Source of the DNA: an uncultured Acidobacteriota bacterium
GTDB taxonomy: Bacteria > Acidobacteriota > UBA6911
Reading direction: 5' to 3'
Assembly: GCA_963809485.1 (NCBI GenBank)
Contig: CAWEJX010000007.1
Location: 608,001-672,000 of the forward strand
Length of the DNA stretch: 64,000 bases
Each line of letters begins with the position of its first letter. Position 1 is the first letter of the stretch. A program made the position numbers and the translations under genes. The notes beneath the pieces were generated by a model that saw nothing but the letters and a program-made list of their open reading frames with translations, had not been told where the DNA came from and did not search any database. This document shows positions 31,651 through 40,452 of the stretch, piece by piece.

Positions 31651-32632
31651 GCACTCAAATTCGGGGATCGTGCCGGCAGGCGGAGCGGCTTCACTCCGAC
31701 ATCCTCAAACGTGCCCCGGAACGCTTCCGAGAATTTCGTGTCTCGGTCCATCAGCAAGTATCGATTGCCACGAAGGAATCCGTCATCGGCGTCAGTCACA
31801 TTCCTGGCAACCTGAAGCAGCCAGGCTTCATCTGGATTGGTGGTGAGACCAGCAAAATGAATCCGTCGGGTTGCAATCTCCATGAAGAACAGCAGATAGT
31901 ATGTAACCAATCCCTTCTTCGTCCAAATCCCGATCGCTGTGAAATCAACCGAGGCAAGCATATCCCAGTGTGTGTTGAGGAATTCCTTCCAGCTGCCCTG
32001 TCTCTTTCGATCCGGGGCCGGGTCTATCGCATGGGCCCTCAGAATGTTTGCGACTGCCGTATCCGAAATCACGCTTCCGAGATTCGCGACTGCGCCCTGG
32101 ATGCGCTTGTAGCCCCAGCGTCGGATTTTCCTTAGCCAATTTGCAGAACGAGTTCACGATCTCCTGCGCAATCGGCGGCCGTCCGGCGCTCTGTCGTCGC
32201 TGGCTGTAGTCCCAGTGTCGTGCGACCAATTCACGATGCCAGCGAAGAATCGTTTCCGGAGTTACAATCCCAGCGACCTGCTCGAGCATCTTCCGACCGA
32301 GGATCTTGCCTTTGACGGCAAGGCGGCGCCGCTGTTCTTCATTCAGCAGGATTCGTCTTTTCCCCAGCTTCTGCCGCAACACACGATTTTCAACCAGAAG
32401 GTATTCGATCACATCCTGCTGCCGACGATTGACCCAGCCAGCGAGAACCAAAAGCAATAACTGCCAGGGGTGCAAAAGTACCTTCACATTCTCCTCCGGA
32501 ATTGCAGTGAGAATCTGCAGCATCCGGCAACACCGACTGCCTGTCAAGCCTCGTAGTGGACGCAACTGGCTTGCTCGGCAAGCGGTTCTATTTGCAGGCA
32601 TTTACGGCACGACTGAGTTTTTTCACCCTACG
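31651..32632 (-). pseudogene. rve transposase, N-terminal part (frameshifted) with probable left end
   Basis: EYLLVENRVLR, VTPETILRWHR, SVDF, LLMDRDTKF, RSPNL; end-like cgtagggtgaaaaaactcagtc at about 32611-32632. Confidence 0.85.
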
Positions 32633-32736
32633 CCATGGTGAGAGAATGAAGCGCTGTTGGGCTTCTAAAAGGGTCAAGAGCACCAAGCCAGCTTCCATCC
32701 GCGGATCTCGGTGGAACCGGGCAGCGCGATCCGGCT

Positions 32737-33140
32737 CGGCGGCGACCTGACGTTGTAGCCGACCTCGCGCCTCGGGATCGGGATCGGCGGCCCCCCCGAC
32801 CAGCCCGCGAACTTCGGCCGGATCGTGCTCTCGGTCGGGACCGTCCAACCGGCCGGCACGTTCGCGATCGACGTGTTCGACGAGTACGACCCGGCCGTCA
32901 CGGATACGTACCCGGTCATCACCTGCCAGGCGTCGAACTGCAACGGCTTCGGTTCGTTCAGCACCGTCGACACCTTCGTCGGCGCCGCCCGGTTCGACCT
33001 GGTCCGTTCGTTCGACGGCTGGACGCTGCAGGTCATCGAGGACAAGCACGTCGCCGACGAGTCCGGCAACATCGGCCACGGCTTCGCGATCGACGTCGAC
33101 TGGGGAGTCGTCGGCGAAACCGTCGCCGCACCGGGATCCC
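32737..33140 (+). pseudogene. High-GC fragment of a surface or autotransporter-like protein
   Basis: Strong GC3 bias; GGDLTL*PTSRLGIGIGG...DTYPVITC with internal stop. Confidence 0.5.
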
Positions 33141-33242
33141 CGGGCTTACATAACGGAATTTTATCGGAAGCTCGGGAGTCCGCCGGGGAGCCCGAGGGTT
33201 CATGGATGGGAACGCCTATTTTGAGAAAGGGCCCTTATTTCA

Positions 33243-33398
33243 CCTAGCGCGGCCCGGGGCCGCAACCAAATACTCGACACTGGCGATGGCCGCGCGCTTT
33301 CAGCTGTCAGCTTTCAGCGCTCAGCTTCCAAATATAAGTGCCAGAGTGCTTGATTCTAAAAGGGAAGTAAAACTTCTTTGCAAAACGCAAAGAAGTCA
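33243..33398 (+). repeat. 155-bp repeat, inverted copy at 38458-38612
   Basis: cctagcgcggccc...gcaaccaaa...cttctttgcaaaacgcaaagaagtca matches the reverse complement of 38458-38612. Confidence 0.88.
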
Positions 33399-33657
33399 TA
33401 GATATAGACTCTATCCGCAATCGCAATCAAGCCGATCGGCATCGTCCGTTCGCGAAGGAGGGCCGCGGGTTTCGGACTGCAGGAAGTAAACCGGATTCAA
33501 TTTCCGGGGGGGCTTGCTGCGGCTTTGCCTGAGCCCAACAATTACTTCCCGTCAATAGATGTCTCGGCAGAAAACTCGATTCGCTGGCAATCGGGTCTTT
33601 GAATCTCCGGATCTCTCGAAGTCTCAAAGACCCGCTAAAGCATTTTTGATCGCAGTG

Positions 33658-34329
33658 TTAGGCCTTCGGCTTGGATCTGCCAGGTGCGCCTTTGAATTCC
33701 ATATATCCCATGGTCTGGTAAACTCCGTTGAAGTAGGGCGCCAAATGAAGTGCGCTCCACAATATCGGCTTAGTGACTCTCTTGAAATCAAGAGGGTTAT
33801 GTTCCAGTCCCCTGGGGATATAAAGGACAGTGGCTTGGGTGATGGTGTGTTTTTCATACTCTGTGCCGATAAAGAGCTCAACCTCCGCATCAAAAGACCC
33901 CACGACGTCGGGCAGCGTTGCACCCAGGAGAATAAAATATTCATCAACGTCGTGATGATGGGATTCCAATTCCATTGTGTAGGGCTTCGTAATCAACTGC
34001 CACCCCATGTTCATCCCTGCGCCGGGAAGCACACTCTCGCCCCGAAAATATGCCTGAGGCCCTGGGACCACATCGGGGATGTTGCTGGGCTCTTTTATCT
34101 GTGTGCAGAACAGATGATCATATTTATTGCCTATGGTCCCCTTTGGCCATGGCGGAGGATTCTTGAAAAATTTGGCGGCCGTAGCCTTCTTAGGCGCCGC
34201 GTCCTGGGCGGCCATGACCGGAGCGCCCAATTGCGCGAAAGCGGTTGCGACGGCTATTCCCGCTGTGCTTGCCGTCACATCCTGAAAAAACGACCTTCGA
34301 GTCGTGCCTTCCTTCTTTGTAGAACTCAT
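33658..34329 (-). CDS. Tat-signal cupin-fold protein (paralog 1)
   Basis: TRRSFFQ; HHHDVDE...EVELFIG..EKH..YIPRGLEHNP. Confidence 0.8.
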   Translation of the reverse strand: MSSTKKEGTTRRSFFQDVTASTAGIAVATAFAQLGAPVMAAQDAAPKKATAAKFFKNPPPWPKGTIGNKYDHLFCTQIKEPSNIPDVVPGPQAYFRGESVLPGAGMNMGWQLITKPYTMELESHHHDVDEYFILLGATLPDVVGSFDAEVELFIGTEYEKHTITQATVLYIPRGLEHNPLDFKRVTKPILWSALHLAPYFNGVYQTMGYMEFKGAPGRSKPKA

Positions 34330-35128
34330 CGGTATCTCCTATCTTGGGTGGTTGAGGTAATTGGTTATATCGAATTTGCCGGAGATCGGCAACGGGAATG
34401 AATGTTCTTATTACCGCCGGCAATTGTCTGGCCATTTAAGGGCTCCCGGATAGTCTTAGGCGAAACAACTCACTCATACACGCGGTGTCACCCGGAATTC
34501 CTTTTGTTTCGGATTTTATTGCAATTGAAAACCGGATTACCCCCCTCGCAACGGCAGTCGAACTGCATCCCTTTTCAAGAATCACATGCATAAGCAAACT
34601 TGAGTGTTCGACAATTATCTTATCGAGCGTATACAAGTGCAATGAGATTTGTTCTCTGTGGATGGCAGGGTTATTTTCGGTAGCCGACAGCGAGGAGATC
34701 TAAAAATACTACCTTCCTGTACGACCGGGTTGAAGAAACCCACGTCCGAACAAACAATGGTCCGGAACCCCCCAGCTGAGAAATGATTTTTTCATGATCC
34801 GATAGCTTACTTCCAGGCAAGAAAAACGTCATTGGTGAGGACAACGGACGCAGCACTTTTTTTGATCATATCGAACTCATATTTTATTGAATCAAATATT
34901 CTATTTCAGGAAGTTGCTGCGGTGGTTCCTGCTGCCACTTCTGTGAAAAAATCCCTTCGCGTGATGTCGGCTCTGTCAGATCTGTCATCGGAAGGATGGA
35001 TTATCGATGGGCCGCACGGGAAGCAACCCACGATGAAGCACGACGCCGACCGGCATATTTACGGGTATGCGCTGATGCGGACGGTGCATTGAGCAGGACA
35101 AAATCGGCTGGCCTTCGTGTCTTCAGGG

Positions 35129-35482
35129 TCAGCGCTTGTTTGCATCGCCCTTTGGGGCGAGTTTCTTCTGAGGAGCCGATGATTTCTTCGCCTTTTCTTC
35201 TTTCACACCGCCCGCTGGTGTCGGTTTGGGCTCGGAAGCCGGTTTGGTGCTCTTGACCCTTTTCGAAGCCCAATACCGCTTCATTCTCTCGCTGTGGGCC
35301 TTCCGTTCGGCAGGAGTTTTTCTCCTGCTGCGGGGGCCGGCTGATGGAACGGATCTACTTTCCCGGGCGGCCGATCCGGTGCCTTTTAGTTCAGCCTCTA
35401 ATGTCTCGATTTCAGCCTCGATTCCCGCCTTGCGGCGCGGAAGCTCTTCCAGTGCCAGTTCCAACAAACGGTTGCGATCCAT
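35129..35482 (-). CDS. Small basic coiled-coil, possibly nucleoid-type protein
   Basis: IEAEIETLEAEL, ERKAHSERMKRYWA, Lys-rich tail; a 60-bp inverted partial copy lies at about 32639-32696. Confidence 0.6.
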   Translation of the reverse strand: MDRNRLLELALEELPRRKAGIEAEIETLEAELKGTGSAARESRSVPSAGPRSRRKTPAERKAHSERMKRYWASKRVKSTKPASEPKPTPAGGVKEEKAKKSSAPQKKLAPKGDANKR

Positions 35483-35697
35483 GGTCCCTCTCTTGCCATT
35501 GAGATAGCAAAGGCGTCAATATAGAAGCGTGTGTAGCTGAATAGCAAGCAGGATCGAAAAGTCGGCGAGGTGTACAATTGGGCGTTATTTCCTCGATCGC
35601 GATTTCGTGGGAATAACCGGTCGAAGCTCACGGCGGGAAGTTTATATCCCATCCGGAACTATGGCATTCAGACCACATCTTGGATTACAATCGCCAT

Positions 35698-35800
35698 ATG
35701 ATTACGCTTAGCGTGGAGCTCGAGCAGGAAGAGGACGGCAGGTGGATTGCCGAGGTCACTGAACTTCCGGGCGTTGTCGCCTATGGTGACACCCCCCCGG
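35698..35800 (+). pseudogene. HicB-family antitoxin N-terminal fragment
   Basis: VELEQEEDGRWIAEVTELPGVVAYGDT, then truncated. Confidence 0.8.
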
Positions 35801-35859
35801 GATGCGCTGTCGGTCTAACGGGGTCGGTCTAACGGGGGGTCTAACGGGGTCGGGTCTAA

Positions 35860-36106
35860 CGGGGTCGGACCACGATAAGTCCTTCATGCAATTATTGATA
35901 GCCTAAATAAGAAGAGGGAAAACATGTCCTAGGCGCAATTTTGGGACCCATTTATTGCGCGCAAGCATATAGCTATTCGCATCAGAATTCCGTCTATTTC
36001 TGAAAGTCAAAACATACCCCTCGAATTCCTTGTCCAAGGCCTTTGTAGATATATAAAATTGCATCTATCCATTTGGATGCCCATAATTTATCGTGGTCCG
36101 ACCCCG
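35860..36106. repeat. 250-bp MITE/REPIN-like element, copy 1
   Basis: 19-bp terminal inverted repeat cggggtcggaccacgataa/ttatcgtggtccgaccccg. Confidence 0.92.
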
Positions 36107-36434
36107 ATCCCCGGAGCGGACCAATCCCAATTCATGCATTACAACCGTGTGATCCGGAGAGATTTGTTGTGTCTGTTTTGCGTCCTGGCAGCAACCCCTT
36201 GTTGGCCCAAAATGTCGGAAATCCTTACAGAATAGCTAAAGATTGTAAGAATCTTTTACATGAAAGGCTCTCAACAAAGCACGCGCTTCAAATGCGGCCA
36301 TGATTTTGTAGATCGCACTATTTCATTGATCCAGTTATGCTTAGACCAGACAAGCGACCATTCGCGGTTTGTTTCGCCAATTATGGCATCCTAATTGCTT
36401 GATTCAATCCAAAATCAATGAGCCGAGGTGCGCT

Positions 36435-37157
36435 ATGAGGACAATAACTCCAAGTCTTACACTTGTGCTTTTTTGCCTTGTGCTTAATCCTGTTGTGTTT
36501 GCTGATCCGCTTACCAACGGGGGGTTCGAAACAGGACTGGCCCCGTGGACTTCCATCGGCACTGCAGGATCCACCGGGTCGGTGACGGCTGGCTCGCTGA
36601 CACTCGATCCCTTTGATGGTGCCGCCCAGGGATTTGCTCAATCCGGATATGGCCTAAGCGCTGTCCCCTTATACACAGATGGGGCGGGCGGTGATCTATT
36701 CAGCTTCGCCGGTTTGACGGATCCCAGCATTTTGCCGCCGGACTACGCGAGCTTTAGCGGTTCTGCAATTAGGCAGACATTCACGGCAAATGCGGGTGAT
36801 GTACTTTCCATGCAATACAATGTTGCAACCAACAGCGGTGAAGGCTCTCAGGGGGATCCTGCGGCACTCATTATTCTTGCGAGTGATGGATTGCTTGATC
36901 TTTTTATCAATGATGCCGACTTTGGCGTAACCGATTGGAATGAATTGGGGTACCTGCCGTACACGTACACGTTTTTGGAAGGAGGAAATTTTGCCTTAAC
37001 CGTGTTAACCGTCGATGAAAATGATAGCCCTGTCAGTACTTACCTATTCGTCGACAATGCAGAGATCACAGCGATTCCTGAACCCGCCTCCTTCCTGCTC
37101 CTGGGCACGGGATTGGGTGTAGTGAGCCTGATTGTTTATAGGAAAAAAAGGAAATAA
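36435..37157 (+). CDS. PEP-CTERM sorting-domain protein
   Basis: Signal peptide, NGGFETG, IPEPASFLLLGTGL...RKKRK; downstream hairpin at about 37191-37217. Confidence 0.93.
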   Translation: MRTITPSLTLVLFCLVLNPVVFADPLTNGGFETGLAPWTSIGTAGSTGSVTAGSLTLDPFDGAAQGFAQSGYGLSAVPLYTDGAGGDLFSFAGLTDPSILPPDYASFSGSAIRQTFTANAGDVLSMQYNVATNSGEGSQGDPAALIILASDGLLDLFINDADFGVTDWNELGYLPYTYTFLEGGNFALTVLTVDENDSPVSTYLFVDNAEITAIPEPASFLLLGTGLGVVSLIVYRKKRK

Positions 37158-37264
37158 CAGCCTCACCCACACCAGTAACACCTGCTAAGTGAGGCCGCCC
37201 TGAGCGGCGGCCCTCTTTGCGCAGGATCAATACATTTTGCTTACAGACTAACGGGGTCGACTAA

Positions 37265-37515
37265 CGGGGTCGGACCACGATAAGTCCTTCATGGAATTAT
37301 TGATAGCCTAAATATGAAGAGGTAAACATGTCTTAGGCGCAATTTTGGGACCCCTTTATTGTATTGCGCGCAAGCATATAGCTATTCGCATCAGAATTCC
37401 GTCTATTGCTGAAAGTCAAAACATACCCCTCGAATTCCTTGTCCAAGGCCTTTGTAGATATATAAAATTGCATCTATCCATTTGGATGCCCATAATTTAT
37501 CGTGGTCCGACCCCG
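37265..37515. repeat. 250-bp element, copy 2
   Basis: Same inverted repeats and internal sequence as copy 1. Confidence 0.92.
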
Positions 37516-37820
37516 ATCCCCGGAAAGCTCTGCCGGATTAATCCCCCAGGGGCCGTGCATAGGAACGCTTGGTTAAGACACGTATTGAATGAGCGAATTG
37601 CATTTAACGAAATTTTTCGTCTCTGGCGGTCAGCAAAGGGCCGTTCTTGGTAGCGGCCTTTTGCCGCCATGGATATGCTTTCCAGCCTCAGCCTTGACCG
37701 CATTTAATCGGCTTCACAGATACTCAAGCAAAGCGAAACAGAATGATTTCCTGCGACGGGGAAGACGCCGGCCAAAATCGGAGCATCACTCTCGCAGTCA
37801 TCCAGGGGAGAGGACGTAAA

Positions 37821-38354
37821 ATGAAAAAATCAAAATATGAAAAATATATCGTCAGGAAAGGAGTGGGCCATCCTGCAGGCGCCCAGGTGATCTTCTCCAG
37901 CGACCTCGTTGCCGACGCCAAAACAAAGATCGAATATATCTATATTAATAATGACGTTGCAGTTGGGACGGGCAAAGATTTCCCTCCGCACAAACACGAC
38001 TACGAGGAGATATTTCTTTTCCTGAGCACAGATCCCAAGGACACAACCACGCTTGGAGCAAAAGTCGAGTTTTGGCTTGGCCAAGGCAGCGATGCGGAAA
38101 AATTGGTTTTCACCACTCCATCCGCCATATACGTTGCTCCTGGAGTAGTCCATTTCCCTCAAATATGGAAAAACGTACGACGTCCCGTACTGCTGATTGT
38201 AGTAATGCCCACTACCGGTGAAAGCAAGATTGAACCAGCGCCGAGTCGCAGGACGGCGACGATGCGCCGAGTTGTCCGGGTTGCACAGCGAAGGAAGGGA
38301 CCGGGGCAGGCGGGGAAAGAGGCAGGAGAATCCGGGCAAAAGGAGCGCAAATGA
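37821..38354 (+). CDS. Cupin-fold protein (paralog 2, no Tat signal)
   Basis: HKHDYEEIFLF...VEFWLG...YVAPGVVHFP. Confidence 0.8.
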   Translation: MKKSKYEKYIVRKGVGHPAGAQVIFSSDLVADAKTKIEYIYINNDVAVGTGKDFPPHKHDYEEIFLFLSTDPKDTTTLGAKVEFWLGQGSDAEKLVFTTPSAIYVAPGVVHFPQIWKNVRRPVLLIVVMPTTGESKIEPAPSRRTATMRRVVRVAQRRKGPGQAGKEAGESGQKERK

Positions 38355-38391
38355 CATTGCGGATGGTCCGGAAATGCCAGCGCCGAAATTT

Positions 38392-38460
38392 AATCTAATG
38401 GGGTAATCTAATGGGGTCTAATGGGGTCGGACCACGATAAGTCCTTCATGGAATTATTGA
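38392..38460. repeat. 250-bp element, copy 3 (left end only)
   Basis: ctaatggggt stutter plus ggggtcggaccacgataagtccttcatggaattattga. Confidence 0.88.
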
Positions 38461-38743
38461 CTTCTTTGCGTTTTGCAAAGAAGTTTTTCTTCCCTTCTAG
38501 AATCAGGCACTTTTGCGCCTATATTTGGAAGCTGACCGCTGAAAGCTGGCAGCTGATAGCGCGCGGCCATCGTCAACGTTTCATTTTGGTTGCGACCTCG
38601 GGCCGCACTAGGCGGAATTACCTGCAATTTCCACTAATCCCCAATAGCATTAGCACCTCCACATCTGATAGGAAGCCTTATGGGAAACAGGCTACTTAAT
38701 GCAAACTGCAAGAACGGCAAAGAAGGAAGTGAGCTTTGTCAGC

Positions 38744-38929
38744 TTATCGACGCTTGGTTTTTTGACGATATTCTTTGGTGAGATCTATGATTTTGCCATC
38801 TTTGATGACATAGACCGGCGTGCCGGTCTGGAGCCCTATTGCCAGCGCCTTTTTAGCCGCCCTCCGGAGAGCTTTCTCTGAAGCAATGATATCGGGATCC
38901 TTCGAACCCATCGCTTTTATTTTCTTCAT
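38744..38929 (-). CDS. Small partner protein of zeta-like ATPase
   Basis: ATGA-coupled; ALRRAAKKA...TGTPVYVIKDGKI. Confidence 0.7.
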   Translation of the reverse strand: MKKIKAMGSKDPDIIASEKALRRAAKKALAIGLQTGTPVYVIKDGKIIDLTKEYRQKTKRR

Positions 38930-39450
38930 ATGTTATCTCCAGCGGCAAACAATCTTGGCACCGATCCGGAATTGTCGTATAAAACCCAACTGTTTACCAG
39001 GTTACGATAAATGGTTTCGAAGTTTCTCAACCCCGCATCAAATCGTCTTCGGATTACGTCCTCCGGTACCGAATGTCCTCCTTGGGCAACACGAGATGAC
39101 ACCCTTGCCGCCGCCAAATCGGGTGTCGGCAAACTGAGAAAGAGAGGTTTCACATAGTATCCCTCTTTGCGCCAGTCCGGGATGAGCCGAGCATAATGAC
39201 GGCCGGACAATGTTGTTTCGAACGCAAAGCTCTCTCCACTGCGAATTCGTCTCTGAATCTCCAAAATCATCAATCGGCCGGCTCTGAGGGACGCCCGTTC
39301 AGGATCAAAAGGCGACAGCCCTGCCGCTATCAGGTCAACATTGACAAAATCCGGACAGTCCGCCTCCTTTGGAAGGAACTCCCTGGCGAAGGTGGTTTTC
39401 CCCGCGCCATTGGGGCCGGCTATTATAAAAATCTTCTTGCCAGAACTCAT
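38926..39450 (-). CDS. Zeta-toxin-like P-loop ATPase
   Basis: IAGPNGAGKTT, SFAFETTLSG, RVAQGGH, YDNS. Confidence 0.88.
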   Translation of the reverse strand: MSSGKKIFIIAGPNGAGKTTFAREFLPKEADCPDFVNVDLIAAGLSPFDPERASLRAGRLMILEIQRRIRSGESFAFETTLSGRHYARLIPDWRKEGYYVKPLFLSLPTPDLAAARVSSRVAQGGHSVPEDVIRRRFDAGLRNFETIYRNLVNSWVLYDNSGSVPRLFAAGDNI

Positions 39451-39549
39451 GGGTTGGTGCCCTGTCTTGTCCGTTCAGCAATCATTAGTTGCAGATTATC
39501 TTGTCAAAGGCAAGCCGCATTTGTATGCCGAACAAGACCGCTCAGATGC

Positions 39550-39800
39550 TCAGGACACGCTCTCCGCATCCGCTTCTTTCAGTCCGGAAACCAAAACCAT
39601 CAGATGTTTGCTCCAGGATTCCAGCGCTTGGCGCTTTTCCTTATCATAGGAATGACGATCATAAACCGCAGTAACTCCCGGTTCGACATGATTCAGAATT
39701 TTCTGAACTGTCAGCCTTTGGATTCCCATGCCGGTCATCATGCTCGCTGCAGTGCGACGCAGATCATGGCCTCTGAAGGATATCCCAGTGGTTTCAGGTC
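39550..39800 (-). pseudogene. Tyrosine integrase C-terminal fragment
   Basis: HDLRRTAAS...ILNH...VYDRHSY...KRQALESW; cut at element copy 4. Confidence 0.88.
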
Positions 39801-39807
39801 CGACTAG

Positions 39808-40054
39808 CGGGGTCGGACCACGATAAGTCCTTCATGGAATTATTGATAGCTTAAATATGAAGAGGGAAAACATGTCCCAGGCGCAATTTTAGGACCCATT
39901 TATTGCGCGCAAGCATATAGCTATTCGCATCAGAATCCCGTCTATTTCTTAAAGTCAAAATATACCCCTCGAATTCTCTGTTTAAAGCCTTCGTGGATAT
40001 ACAAAATCGCATCTTTCCATTTTGATGCCCATAATTTATCGTGGTCCGACCCCG
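39808..40054. repeat. 250-bp element, copy 4 (more diverged)
   Basis: Same inverted repeats, several internal substitutions. Confidence 0.92.
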
Positions 40055-40452
40055 ATACCCCGATTCCTGCAGCCACCGGTCCCTCGAAAACAGGAGCCAA
40101 GGCCGCGTCTTCTGAGGCGGATTTCTCGTCCCGGCAAATCATGGCGATGGAGTCCCCGTCGTTCGTCTGAGCGATGCCGTGGACGGGTAGAACCAAAAGC
40201 CCTTTCCACGATTGTGAGAAAAGCAGGAATGCGATAAAGGTCCGGCTCTTGTTTTCGGGATTCGCTGTTTAAACGGCGAGCCTGATACAGCCTGGTAATA
40301 TGTATCTTATAGGGTACAGTATTGGCGTGCGCTGCTTTACGGCCAACAGGAATTCCTGAACTGAAAAACAAACGTCAGACTGCCTGAAAGGCCGAAGCTT
40401 GCCCGTCGGGCCAAATTCTTCCGCGAAAATCCATGCAATCCGTGGCGTTGTT

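Larger units (their letters stand above)
28292..31655 (+). mobile_element. Large serine recombinase element (4 ORFs) inserted at a GCACT core
   Basis: GCACT at 28292-28296 and 31651-31655; removing it restores the transposase motif RSPNLSAHIERF. Confidence 0.92.

Noticed and set aside
31436-31846. ORF running out of the recombinase end into the target
   Set aside because: Antisense to the transposase; only its MKHKH start matters, as part of the circle-junction gene
35812-35878. CRISPR array
   Set aside because: Units are 12-15 bp without unique spacers and no cas genes are present
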